From NCBI GenBank assembly GCA_963778115.1, contig CAVZSV010000004.1, positions 1,920,001 through 1,984,000 of the forward strand: a stretch of DNA of 64,000 nucleotides, in the 5' to 3' direction. Both the position numbers and the translations under genes were made by a program. The stretch's first letter is position 1. Every line of letters starts with the position of its first letter. The DNA comes from an uncultured delta proteobacterium (lineage in GTDB: Bacteria > Bdellovibrionota > FAC87 > UBA2466). This document shows, piece by piece, positions 10,691 through 20,409 of this stretch. The notes beneath the pieces were generated by a model that searched no databases, was not told the origin of the DNA, and was given only the letters and a program-made list of their open reading frames with translations.

Positions 10691-12094
10691 TTAGCCCTGA
10701 GGCGCTTTCGCGGTCAGATCGAGAACCAACTTATGAAAAAACTCCAAGCCTGGCCGAATACTCGCTACCGGAATGCGCTCGTCAATGCCGTGGGCCCTGC
10801 GAGAATCAAATTCGGTCTGAGCAATGGGGTGGATGCCATAACATGAACGTTTGTCAGTTCTCAAATAGCGAGAATCCGTGGCACCTCTGGCTAAAAATGG
10901 AATAACGGGAACTCCAGGCATCGTCTCTTTGACGGCTCTTTTTAGAGAATCAACGAAATCCGATTTCAAAGTGGACATCCCTCCCTGGGAGAATTCTCCC
11001 ACCGGGACTATCTCAATTTGTTCATCTCCAATGGCTTTACGGAGGTTTTTTATCACCTCCGCTAAAGACTCATCGGGCAAGATACGGCAATTGATATTGG
11101 CTTCAACCGCCGCCGGGAGTGCATTGACCCGGTTTCCCCCCGCTATCGTTGTAGCAACACACGTCGTTCTTAGGGTTGCCGCCAACGCTGGATTTTTATC
11201 GATTTCACGAAGGGCGGATTTCGGAAGAGCTCCTTGCGCCATCGCTATCTTTTTCATCGCTGCTTGAAGGGCCAAAGGTTCGAAGTCGGCTCTCTCGCGA
11301 AAAAACTCCCGCGATACCGGAAGGAGTCGGGCCGGCCACTGATATTGTCCTAGTTTCGTCAGGGCGCGAGCCATGCGATAGATGGCATTGTCAGGAAGGG
11401 GAACGGAAGCGTGACCTGAAGTTCCTTTGGCTCTGAGTTCGAAATCTTGATAAGTCTTTTCGGCAACCTGCAGACCAATGTACTTCACCGCAGTTCCCTT
11501 ATCGTTTAGCACCAATCCCCCTCCTTCATTGAGCACGATTTCGGCGTCCACGGACGCAGGATTGGTCTTGAGCAGATAGCGGATGCCAGCCCCACCCGAC
11601 TCCTCATCACCCGTTAGCGCCAAAATGACATCACGGCGCAAGGGAACTCCTTCGCGCTTGAGAAGCAGAAAAATTTCAAGATTGGCAGCAGCCATTCCCA
11701 AATCGTCTCCGGCCCCTCTGCCGTACAGGTAGCCCTCTCTCTCTATCAGCACATGCGGATCCGTAGACCACTTCTGATTTTGGGTACCTACGACATCGAT
11801 GTGGGCTAGCAGAAGAACAGGTCTCTGCTCCCCTGTCCCCTTAAGTCTTGCGACGATATTTTGCCTACCTGGGGCGAACTCGGAAATTTCATAGGCAATA
11901 TTTTCGGCCTTTAATCGCTCGGCCACCAGACGAACTATCCTGGCCTCATTTCCAGGAGGGCTTTCGGTGTCTGCGGCCACCATCGTCTTTAACGTTTCAC
12001 GATAATCCTTCGCTAGGGAATCAAAATCCACCGCAGCGGGGAGCGGTAATGGAAACAGACTTCCGATTAGAAATAGTAAAAGTAAATGCCTCAT
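10691..12094 (-). CDS. Secreted M20/M25/M40 family metallopeptidase
   Basis: LAHIDVV, YGRGAGDD, GDEESGG, GHAS, GATDSR and AHGIDERI motifs. Confidence 0.9.
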   Translation of the reverse strand: MRHLLLLFLIGSLFPLPLPAAVDFDSLAKDYRETLKTMVAADTESPPGNEARIVRLVAERLKAENIAYEISEFAPGRQNIVARLKGTGEQRPVLLLAHIDVVGTQNQKWSTDPHVLIEREGYLYGRGAGDDLGMAAANLEIFLLLKREGVPLRRDVILALTGDEESGGAGIRYLLKTNPASVDAEIVLNEGGGLVLNDKGTAVKYIGLQVAEKTYQDFELRAKGTSGHASVPLPDNAIYRMARALTKLGQYQWPARLLPVSREFFRERADFEPLALQAAMKKIAMAQGALPKSALREIDKNPALAATLRTTCVATTIAGGNRVNALPAAVEANINCRILPDESLAEVIKNLRKAIGDEQIEIVPVGEFSQGGMSTLKSDFVDSLKRAVKETMPGVPVIPFLARGATDSRYLRTDKRSCYGIHPIAQTEFDSRRAHGIDERIPVASIRPGLEFFHKLVLDLTAKAPQG

Positions 12095-12157
12095 AAATAC
12101 CCCTTCCCTGGATGAAATGCTTAACTAGAAACATTGTCAAAGGGACATATGTCTCTA

Positions 12158-13954
12158 TTAGAAAGGATAGCGCGCTCTGAGGGCCTGGCATCCTGCGATC
12201 CATCGCAAAGGGGTGCTGCCATCCTCTAAAGCGATTTGGATTTCATGACTCATTTCATTTCCTTCGACATCGCCTTTGGAAGATAGATATTCAGCCGCAC
12301 TTTTAAACGCGAGTGGAAACGCACTAAAAAGATACCGCCCATATAGAAAGCTCTGGGTTGGCCGGGGAGACGATAGGTTCTCCAGCAAAGGACAAAGTTT
12401 GAGCGCCGCTCTCAACGTATCTTCCGACTGGGCATCTTTCATAGAGCGCGCGGCAAACCAAAAGAGTCCCTTCTGCACGATAGGAGTGGGAGCTCCACTT
12501 AAGAGACCCGGGTTACTAATCATGATCGAAAACCCTCTGGCATAAGCATACCCTACTAATTGCTTCGCATTGTGCACGGAATCTAAGTCAAATAATTTCA
12601 GTCGCCGCTCTATCAGGGGAACGGCGCGCGCCACACTCCAAGGATATTCGCCCGTGACAGGAAAGCGAACCCCCTCCTTGGTCGGAATTCCATAAAAGAG
12701 ATCCAGATCATTTCCCGCGATAAAAATGGCTTTAGGATCAGCGGAAAGAGCGAGTCCGTCACGATAGAGATCGCAGGTCGAATCGCTTGACGCATCGGCA
12801 GTGTCGTAGCTTAAAAAGGCGAGACAGATCGACGCAATCACCAAGGCTCCTCGTAATATGGGAGCAATTTTAGTGCCGGCCAAATTTAAGAGCCACTCGC
12901 AGCCAAATCCAAACAGAATGGCAAGAGCTGAAACAAACGGGACGTGATACCTTTCCAGATAAGCCTCGGCAACAAATCCAGAGGGGCCTAATTCCGCAGT
13001 TCTAAGAAAGATAAGATTGAGAATCGCTACTGCCGCGAAGCCCATCGCAAGTCCCCACCGGTTCTTTTGAATGAGCCTAATCCAACCCAACAAGGGAAGG
13101 ATCCCCACTACTTTAAACGTCGCCCAATAACGATGGATGAAAACCGTGAGCGCGCTTAAGTTCACCCCTTCGGTACTTGAAGTCTTTGGCTGGAGCAAAT
13201 GAAAGTCTCGTCGTAAAACCAGATTAACAAGATCGGAAATCGTTTGAATCTTTCCCCAATCGGGCCATGCGTTGGGAGTGGTAAGTAAAAATAAGCTAAA
13301 ATACAGACTTACTGCCACACCGACGACACTGAAAAGGGCAACGCCTGTTCTGCCCATCCGTCCTTTAGGATCGCGCAGGAGAAGAAAAAATGAGCTCACA
13401 AAGAAAGGGGCCATTAGCACGCTGACCGGATGCTGGGCAAAGGCAAGACCCGTCACCACTCCCCACGCGACGCCGTCCGCTTTGGTGAGTCGGGGTTTGC
13501 GACTAAAGCATAAAAACTGCCAGACGAATAAAAGAAAGAACAGTGTGGTGAGTCCATATTTTTCCGGCTGCACGAACAGATACCAACTGGTCGGAAAAAA
13601 GCAAAAGGTCGCCATCGCAAACACACTAGCCGCCCACGGCAAGCCTTCGGAGAGTAGAATCGCTAGCAGAACATTGGCCGCCACGATACTGCTCAACGAC
13701 GACAACAGAGCTAGTCGAACCGCGTGGGGACCCCATGGAAGTAAAATAAAAATACGATCCAGCCAAGCCTGCAACGGATAGCCTGGAGGATGCAAAATGC
13801 CTCCCGAAAGCGAGGCCATGATCATCTCAGCCCCATCCGGGTTCTGAGGAGCGCGCGCCAGCATCGGCAGTTGAATCGATAGCAAAAGCAGTGAAGTCAC
13901 ACCATGAAGCAAGGCTCGTTTTCGGGAAGAGAGAACGGGGGGAGGCATTGTCAT
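12158..13954 (-). CDS. DUF2723 (TMEM260-like) polytopic membrane glycosyltransferase
   Basis: DGAEM..GGILHPPGYPL signature followed by many TM helices. Confidence 0.75.
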   Translation of the reverse strand: MTMPPPVLSSRKRALLHGVTSLLLLSIQLPMLARAPQNPDGAEMIMASLSGGILHPPGYPLQAWLDRIFILLPWGPHAVRLALLSSLSSIVAANVLLAILLSEGLPWAASVFAMATFCFFPTSWYLFVQPEKYGLTTLFFLLFVWQFLCFSRKPRLTKADGVAWGVVTGLAFAQHPVSVLMAPFFVSSFFLLLRDPKGRMGRTGVALFSVVGVAVSLYFSLFLLTTPNAWPDWGKIQTISDLVNLVLRRDFHLLQPKTSSTEGVNLSALTVFIHRYWATFKVVGILPLLGWIRLIQKNRWGLAMGFAAVAILNLIFLRTAELGPSGFVAEAYLERYHVPFVSALAILFGFGCEWLLNLAGTKIAPILRGALVIASICLAFLSYDTADASSDSTCDLYRDGLALSADPKAIFIAGNDLDLFYGIPTKEGVRFPVTGEYPWSVARAVPLIERRLKLFDLDSVHNAKQLVGYAYARGFSIMISNPGLLSGAPTPIVQKGLFWFAARSMKDAQSEDTLRAALKLCPLLENLSSPRPTQSFLYGRYLFSAFPLAFKSAAEYLSSKGDVEGNEMSHEIQIALEDGSTPLRWIAGCQALRARYPF

Positions 13955-13991
13955 TAGAATACCGGACTCAAGTCCAATGGGCGGATTTAAA

Positions 13992-14020
13992 TTAAGGTTA
14001 ATCTTAAGATTAATCCTTAA
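13992..14020. repeat. AT-rich hexamer-periodic palindrome (perfect 16-bp core TTAATCTTAAGATTAA at 13998-14013)
   Basis: TTAAGG-TTAATC-TTAAGA-TTAAT-CCTTAA read directly; lies just 3' of tRNA-Asn. Confidence 0.7.
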
Positions 14021-14049
14021 GGTTCCTATTCGCTCTTAGCGAAAACGAA

Positions 14050-14122
<73 letters not shown>

Positions 14123-14189
14123 ATAAGGGGGGATTTTGGCAAAGTCTGAGACACTTGTAAAATTGAAATTGGGGAAGAGACGATTAAAG

Positions 14190-14504
14190 CTAATCTTTTC
14201 CGTATTCCCCCTTCACTTTCGCGATTCGAACGCGATAAGTCGAATACCAACACGTCTTCCCCCTTTTTTGGGCGATTTTGTGTCGAAAGTGGCTTTTCCA
14301 AACGGCTATCGACTCGCGAGAGGTCCAGTAGGAGACGGTGATGCCAGCCCCTTTTGCCCCCCGCACGCTGTCGATTCCCAAAAAGCCCTCCTGTTGGGAT
14401 GCTAGTGCTTCCATCTCGCAGGCCATGCTTTCGTATTGCTCGTCTTGGGGATCGGCCTCTTTTAGCGTCGAGGTGAAGATAACCGCATAATAGCAACGTT
14501 TCAT
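14190..14504 (-). CDS. Antibiotic biosynthesis monooxygenase (ABM) family protein
   Basis: YYAVIFTS, GFLGIDS, GITVSYW and W...H..AQ.RG..WY pattern. Its ATG overlaps the stop of the gshB-like gene. Confidence 0.85.
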   Translation of the reverse strand: MKRCYYAVIFTSTLKEADPQDEQYESMACEMEALASQQEGFLGIDSVRGAKGAGITVSYWTSRESIAVWKSHFRHKIAQKRGKTCWYSTYRVRIAKVKGEYGKD

Positions 14505-15499
14505 GGCTCTAAAACAGGGGGCGAAGCGACCAGCTTCTCCAATTCGTCGATAAGCCGCTTCTCAACGTGAATCCCCATGACACCATTGATCTGGTGGGTG
14601 CCTGAGGGACAGGTGATGTTCACTTCATTAAGATGATCCCCGATAAAATCCAACCCTAATAAGTAGAGCCCTTTGGGAGCTAGCTCCTTAGCTACCGCAA
14701 GGGATGCCTCCACTTGGCGTGGCGTAGGCTCAAAATGATGAGCAGAGGCACCCGCGTGGGTATTAGCAATGCGACTTCCGGGTTTAGGCTTTCTCAAGTA
14801 ATGACCAATGATTTTCTGATTCATGACCAAGATACGAAGATCCCCGATGGTTTCGATCTCCTTCAAGAAGGGCTGTATGACCGCATGAGGTTTCCATTTT
14901 TCCCAGAAACGCTCGATATCTACTTCGGGGCTTGTCGGCGAGAAAAAGGTGATTCCCACTCCGCCAAACCAGTGAACGGGTTTAGCTACCGTCTCTCCAG
15001 GAGCCGTGCGGATGGCTTTCACAAAATCTTGGTATGAAGTGAGATAGCAAGTGGGAGTTGCATACTGGGGAAATCGCATCGGCAGTAAGTGCTCGGAATA
15101 CTCTCTCGTATACGCCGGATTATTGATCTGAACGATAGAAGACGGCGCGTGAGTAAATTGATTCGCGTGGCCCAAATAAGTTTCGTCTACGGGAGGATCT
15201 TTTCTTTGTAAGATGGCCGCATAGCGATTCACCGGCTCTTCCCTCACCGGCCCCAAAGTGAAAGGAAGCTTTTGATCGATAGATACTTTTTGGATCTTCC
15301 TTACCGAGAGGTGAGCCAAATAGTCTGGAGGAGACCTTCGAAAGTCCATCTTCCTTAGCTCGCAGAAATCAACCTCGTGCCCGCGAGACAAAAGTTCGTA
15401 CGCTAACAAGGCTCCGGTGTCATCATTGGGAACTAGAATTTCATTCGGCTCTCCGGCCAGCAAACACCGGAATGGTTTCGAGTGTGACTTCGTATTCAT
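14501..15499 (-). CDS. gshB: Glutathione synthetase-like ATP-grasp ligase (divergent GshB)
   Basis: RKDPPVD..Y, INNP...E, KP..GG.GI, GD.RILV and GLDFIGDHLNEVNITCPSG motifs. Confidence 0.72.
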   Translation of the reverse strand: MNTKSHSKPFRCLLAGEPNEILVPNDDTGALLAYELLSRGHEVDFCELRKMDFRRSPPDYLAHLSVRKIQKVSIDQKLPFTLGPVREEPVNRYAAILQRKDPPVDETYLGHANQFTHAPSSIVQINNPAYTREYSEHLLPMRFPQYATPTCYLTSYQDFVKAIRTAPGETVAKPVHWFGGVGITFFSPTSPEVDIERFWEKWKPHAVIQPFLKEIETIGDLRILVMNQKIIGHYLRKPKPGSRIANTHAGASAHHFEPTPRQVEASLAVAKELAPKGLYLLGLDFIGDHLNEVNITCPSGTHQINGVMGIHVEKRLIDELEKLVASPPVLEP

Positions 15500-15570
15500 G
15501 GAGTTAACCGTTTTCCTCGGGCTTCCTTGGCCTCATTGGGCTTTCTCACGGTCCTTCTAGGGCGATTTTA

Positions 15571-16311
15571 ATGGAACATTATAACGCTTTGCGTTATATT
15601 AGCCTTACGTTTATGAACCGTAAACCTTCGAATTCCTCCCAGATAGACCAAACTCGAGACCTTTTGTCGACTGGGGAAAGAACGCTATTTGCGGCACCCG
15701 AAGGGGCCAAAATGCTTCAAAATTCTGGGTTCAAGACCTCTTTTTTCACGTTGGCTCAAAATTTTGAGCCCCAACGAGACCGCTTTTGCTGCGGTATTGC
15801 AACGGCGGTTATCGTACTCAATTCTCTGGCCGGCCGGAACGAATATTCTCAAACCAAAATTTTAGATAAGGTCTCATTAGGAATCAAACCTTTAGAGGCC
15901 GTGTTACATAAGGACGGTGGACTGACCCTGTCTGAGCTTTCCCAGCTACTCAGATCCGTGGGAGCTATCGCCAAGACTATCGTTTGCGAACGGCATGAGG
16001 AAAATGCGCTAACCACTTTCAAGAGTGATCTCATGCGCTGCCTCTCCACCGCCAATCAGTTTGTAGTGGCAAACTTTGATTCGGCTCTATTGGTGGGATC
16101 GGGAAGCGGGCACTTTTCTCCTCTGGGAGCTTTCGATCAATCGACTCAATCGGTACTTGTCATGGATACGGGAAGACACCGCACTCCGTGGTATTGGGTG
16201 TCGATCGAAAAGCTTTATCGCGCCATGAACACGACAGATGGTGAAAGTTGGCGAGGATATCTCATCGTTCAGTCCGAAACACCTGAAGCTATCGCAAAGA
16301 ACCGGATTTAG
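15571..16311 (+). CDS. Phytochelatin synthase family (papain-like) protein
   Basis: FEPQ...CCGIAT..VLNSL (Cys), GHFSPLGAFD (His), VMDT (Asp), WYWV..LY.AM.T.D...RGY. Start could instead be the ATG at 15613. Confidence 0.88.
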   Translation: MEHYNALRYISLTFMNRKPSNSSQIDQTRDLLSTGERTLFAAPEGAKMLQNSGFKTSFFTLAQNFEPQRDRFCCGIATAVIVLNSLAGRNEYSQTKILDKVSLGIKPLEAVLHKDGGLTLSELSQLLRSVGAIAKTIVCERHEENALTTFKSDLMRCLSTANQFVVANFDSALLVGSGSGHFSPLGAFDQSTQSVLVMDTGRHRTPWYWVSIEKLYRAMNTTDGESWRGYLIVQSETPEAIAKNRI

Positions 16312-17426
16312 CGAAGCGTCGGATAGCCGCCGGCGGGAGCGTTCCACGTATTGGTGAAATCCCAACTCGTAAACGTTGCCGCCGTTTGCATGGCTGCGGT
16401 AGCTTCACCGGTTCCGCCGGAGCTAGTAGCCCGGCTCGAAGTGGTGGTATCCCAGTAGGAACTTGTGATAGCTCCTCCGCTATTTAGACCGATAAGGCCA
16501 CCCAAATTAGTTCCCGTTCCGTTAGTCGCTCCTGAGGCGAAACAATCTTGAACCGGACCTGTCGAATACCCGATGAGCCCGCCTACTTCGTCAGCTCCTT
16601 GAACCGATCCGGTGGCGTACGAGTTTTCAATCGTTCCTCCGATATTAGTTCCGACAAGTCCGCCAGCGCCAAAATTTCCGCTGTTATTGGCACCCGAAGT
16701 AGTTGCTACTACCGTTCCTGTCGCAAAGGAGGTTTGAATGGTTCCTTCGTTATGTCCGACTAATCCACCGATATCTTCTAGGCCAGTCAGATTTACCGCA
16801 GCTTTGGAATGCGAAATCATTCCTAAATTGATGCTGACCAGTCCACCAACGAACCAGTAGATGTCATTATCCGAATCCAAAGTGGCTGAAGCCATCCCGT
16901 TAATAGAACCTTGAGCGCTACAGTTTGAAACCGTGCCGCCGGATAGATTAGTCCCCACCAAAGGAGCGGGTCGTGCGGCACCGAGCGGAGTCATGTTCAC
17001 ATTGATTAGATTCACGTTTGAGATCGTTCCTGCGTTTGTCACAAAAAGCGGGCCTGAGTTAACCCAATTGGAGATCTTGTGACCATTGCCGTTAAAAGTG
17101 CCGGTCATTGTAATCATGGGAGAGAAACTTAATCCCGACAAATCTAAATCTGCCGTCATGACCACATTTTGCGACCAATAAAGCGGATTGGCGGAATAAG
17201 CGTAGAAATGGCAAAACTGACTTATCTGATAAGGACTGCCAGAGGTTCCGTTTCCGCCAGCAAACGCGGGATTGGACGAGGGGCAAAGAGAGGCTGCCTG
17301 AACTGCTGTGACATCCGGGCTAGAGTTAAAACTCGAAGGAGAGTTCGAATTGGTCGATCCGCAACAGGTAATGAAAAAGATCATCCCGAGCGGGAGAAGG
17401 CGATTTAATGTTTTTTGTAACTTCAT
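16308..17426 (-). CDS. GLUG-motif/beta-helix surface lipoprotein
   Basis: Lipobox-like ITCCG; GGNGTSGSPYQI; FNGNGHKISN; repeated GGLVG.N.GTI.NSYA.G.V units. Confidence 0.8.
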   Translation of the reverse strand: MKLQKTLNRLLPLGMIFFITCCGSTNSNSPSSFNSSPDVTAVQAASLCPSSNPAFAGGNGTSGSPYQISQFCHFYAYSANPLYWSQNVVMTADLDLSGLSFSPMITMTGTFNGNGHKISNWVNSGPLFVTNAGTISNVNLINVNMTPLGAARPAPLVGTNLSGGTVSNCSAQGSINGMASATLDSDNDIYWFVGGLVSINLGMISHSKAAVNLTGLEDIGGLVGHNEGTIQTSFATGTVVATTSGANNSGNFGAGGLVGTNIGGTIENSYATGSVQGADEVGGLIGYSTGPVQDCFASGATNGTGTNLGGLIGLNSGGAITSSYWDTTTSSRATSSGGTGEATAAMQTAATFTSWDFTNTWNAPAGGYPTLR

Positions 17427-17441
17427 ACGTTCTCCATCTCT

Positions 17442-18479
17442 CTAGTTCGAATTCGTCTGTTCTGAATAGTTCACCGAAATAACGGCTCCGTTCGCGGGAA
17501 CGGAGCTCCCATTAAAGATGACCGAATTGGTCGTAGAGTCATACGTCCATCCGTTATCTTGAGAATAAGGAATCAGAACCGAATTCACATAGACCTGAAT
17601 TCCTTCGCCGTTGGATTGCTGAGAGAGAGGAAAAGTGGTTCCTCTATCCGCCAAGGTCTGCGCGATGTTGTTCATGCTGGTTCCAATATCGGAAAGACAG
17701 ATACTTCCGCTCTTGCTAAAGCCGCCCATTTTTTGCGCAATCTCTTGGTAGCGAGTGCCGACACGCTCCACGACACAGTCGCTATTAGCCATACCCACCA
17801 CCGGGAAAACCGTAACGTCGGTATTTTGCGGTTTTTTGTAATTTTCGAAAAAGCTTAGAAAGTATCCGGTGTCATAGAGAATAGCGTCGGGGTTATTTTC
17901 GGGCTGAATTCCCGAACAGGAGGTAATTCCGCTCGACATTTGTTTACAAGACCAGTCATCATCATCTGACATTAGAATGACAACCAGGGGAACTCCGTTC
18001 CTGATGAATGTACTTCCGGAGTTATTAATCGCGGCATAGGCACTAATAAGCCCCTGTTCCCAGAAACTGGTGTTGGTATCCGTAATGGTATTTACAATCG
18101 CGGCAAAATCCGCTGAAGGGCTGGCGGAAGTGCTTTTCACCACGTTCAGTCCGCCAGTCGCCGTGATTAGCGCACCAGCTGTCGTGAACCAGTCGACGTT
18201 GGTCACCGCCATTTGGTAATCGACCGCTTTGCGACTATTAAGTACCGTCAAAAAGCTTTGGATATTATCGGCAACATATTGCCGCTTGGGATCCATACTG
18301 GGAGAGTTGTCCAGTACCCAGAGAAAATCGTAGGAATCTACGTTATACAGTTGAACAAAGGTGTCGCTTGCCTGGGTATTAGCGTAGAAACTCTGTTTGT
18401 CAGCGCATCTTGCTAAAACCAACACCGCAGCGATTGCGATCGCTGCAATTCCGAAAGTTCTTTTTATTTCGACCCTCAT
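17442..18479 (-). CDS. VWA-domain lipoprotein
   Basis: LARC lipobox; DFLWVLDNSPSM MIDAS-type DxSxS; EQGL and ILMSDDDD; C-terminal GWTYD..TNSVIF domain. ATG at 18479 follows AGAGGTAGGA. Confidence 0.78.
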   Translation of the reverse strand: MRVEIKRTFGIAAIAIAAVLVLARCADKQSFYANTQASDTFVQLYNVDSYDFLWVLDNSPSMDPKRQYVADNIQSFLTVLNSRKAVDYQMAVTNVDWFTTAGALITATGGLNVVKSTSASPSADFAAIVNTITDTNTSFWEQGLISAYAAINNSGSTFIRNGVPLVVILMSDDDDWSCKQMSSGITSCSGIQPENNPDAILYDTGYFLSFFENYKKPQNTDVTVFPVVGMANSDCVVERVGTRYQEIAQKMGGFSKSGSICLSDIGTSMNNIAQTLADRGTTFPLSQQSNGEGIQVYVNSVLIPYSQDNGWTYDSTTNSVIFNGSSVPANGAVISVNYSEQTNSN

Positions 18480-18728
18480 ACGTCCTACCTCTGGAGTTAG
18501 AGTCATTGCCCGATTCAATTATATCGACGCATTGAGTCGTATAGTTTGTAGACAAAATTAGGGGGGTGCTTTGCCGAGTCATGTCACTGTTACGAATAGG
18601 ATTCTTCGCAATGTCATTTTATTCTCAACATGAAGCGCATATTTGTTTCCGCGAATTCATTGAGAAAAATTCCTTTCGCTTTGGAAGGAGCGGTCCGTCG
18701 ACTAAAATGAAGCCATAAGGGAGGAATC

Positions 18729-19070
18729 ATGAAGCAAACCACTTTTTTGCTGTTAGCCATACTCTTTCTCATCTCAAGCCATGCTCACGCTGATATTCAT
18801 TGCGTCGCTAAAGTAGCTTTGAACAATTCTTACGATGTGGTGCTGACCAATAGCACTTCACCAGCGACGCTTACCGTAAAGACCGCGGACGGTTTTCAAT
18901 ACTCGGGAGCGGCCACTTTTGCCATTCGCCCGGACACCGGCATGAACGAGTACTATCTGCCCATCACTTGGGATCAATCTATTTTGGTTCAGATTCAAAA
19001 TGGAGATACGAGCGAACTGGCGCTGTGTCTGTCGCAGTCGGAGTGTTATTTGTGTAAGGCGGTACAATAG
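18729..19070 (+). CDS. Small secreted hypothetical protein
   Basis: SD GGAGG; signal peptide ending AHA; four Cys. Confidence 0.72.
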   Translation: MKQTTFLLLAILFLISSHAHADIHCVAKVALNNSYDVVLTNSTSPATLTVKTADGFQYSGAATFAIRPDTGMNEYYLPITWDQSILVQIQNGDTSELALCLSQSECYLCKAVQ

Positions 19071-19241
19071 CCTCCCACGCAGGCTCAAGATCCTAGTCTT
19101 GAACATGAATCTGAACGCAATACCTAGACCTGGGCGTGAGCCTGATCGTTTTCGTTACCTTACCCAAGGGACGGCTGGCGCAAGCCTCTCTGAAATGTTA
19201 TTTCCTTCACAAGAAGTAATGACCCGAGAGGAATCTTCGCC

Positions 19242-19601
19242 GTGTCCCCTGCTAAATTAGTCTACTCTTCCGATCCTAAACTAAACGAGAAATGTCCGCG
19301 TTGTGGAGAGGTTAAATCTGAATGTACCTGTCCCAAGGAGCCCACACTCAAAAAATCCAATTTTGTAGCCCTTCTAAGCATCGAAAAGACCGGGAGGTCG
19401 GGCAAGACGGTCACTATCATTGATGGCCTGCCCAAAATTAATATCTTTCTTAAAGATCTCACCAAGGAGCTCAAGAATCGCTGTGGATCTGGAGGAACTT
19501 TCCATCTTGATGGCAAAGAAGGAAAGATCGAGATCCAGGGTGATAAACGTGAACTCATTCGCTCTGTGCTCAACCAAAAAGGTTATAAGGTCAAAGGCTA
19601 G
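19242..19601 (+). CDS. yciH: Translation initiation factor SUI1/YciH
   Basis: LVYSSD..C.RC....C.C; EKTGRSGKTVTII.G; LK.RCGSGGT; IEIQGD.R. Confidence 0.9.
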   Translation: MSPAKLVYSSDPKLNEKCPRCGEVKSECTCPKEPTLKKSNFVALLSIEKTGRSGKTVTIIDGLPKINIFLKDLTKELKNRCGSGGTFHLDGKEGKIEIQGDKRELIRSVLNQKGYKVKG

Positions 19602-19603
19602 CC

Positions 19604-20215
19604 TTAGTGGCCAAGCCCACCGATACTGACGGAATAGTCACGGCCACCTTCACCAGAAAAATCGGGCACCAGAACATACCGCTGCAGATCTTTTTCCGAG
19701 AAGGGAAGGTCATTTTTGCCGAGCAGCCCTTCCGGAAGGGACGATGGATCGACATAGTCAATTCGCATCTGATCTAAAAATCTCTGGCTGTTTCGAGACA
19801 CCACCAAGAACGGCAGAAAAGAGACTCTCGCTTGCAAAAGCATATTATCTCCGTGAGCGCTCGTCGCTAGCCCCCGTCGATAGCTTAAAATCGAATTCGG
19901 AAGACGCAATCTAACCATCTGAATCTTAGGTTCCGCACGTAACGTCCGAAAGATCTCAGCTTGATAGCGTTTGTAAAACTCGGCGGGGCTTTGAATTTGA
20001 GCTTCGATACTCTGTGCACTCTTATCGCGAGTGACTCCGCTTCCTAGGACTAGTCCCGCCAAAAACACGACCATGGCCGCAAAGACAAGAGCGGCTTCCG
20101 CGAAAAAGGGAATGGTGGGTTTTTGCGAAGGTCGGGAGAAGGGACTATTTCTGTGACTCTGATGACTTTGATGACTTTGATGACTTTGATGACTTTGATG
20201 ACTTTGATACCACAT
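19604..20215 (-). CDS. Hypothetical single-TM protein with an N-terminal (QSH)6 repeat
   Basis: SD GGAGG before ATG; one hydrophobic helix; 9-bp tandem repeat in frame. Confidence 0.7.
   Translation of the reverse strand: MWYQSHQSHQSHQSHQSHQSHRNSPFSRPSQKPTIPFFAEAALVFAAMVVFLAGLVLGSGVTRDKSAQSIEAQIQSPAEFYKRYQAEIFRTLRAEPKIQMVRLRLPNSILSYRRGLATSAHGDNMLLQARVSFLPFLVVSRNSQRFLDQMRIDYVDPSSLPEGLLGKNDLPFSEKDLQRYVLVPDFSGEGGRDYSVSIGGLGH
20154..20207. repeat. 9-bp tandem repeat, 6 copies (TGACTCTGA + 5x TGACTTTGA)
   Basis: Read directly from the sequence. Confidence 0.95.
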
Positions 20216-20259
20216 CGAACACCTCCAAGCTCCTCCCTTCGTTCGTCTATTAAAATAAA

Positions 20260-20275
20260 AGCAAGTCCCAGACCA
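20260..20275 (-). promoter_or_regulatory. Putative sigma54 -24/-12 promoter for the (QSH)6 gene
   Basis: Minus strand TGGTCTGGGACTTGCT fits GG-N10-GC. Confidence 0.45.
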
Positions 20276-20409
20276 AGTTCGGGGCCTAAAGACTATTCGG
20301 GGAATAGATGATCTTTAGCGCAAAAGGATTTTTTTCAGATCGACGACTTTAGGAATGCACTGAAGCTTGTTCGAGTTTTCGATGATGTCGAATCAACACT
20401 CAATCCGCC

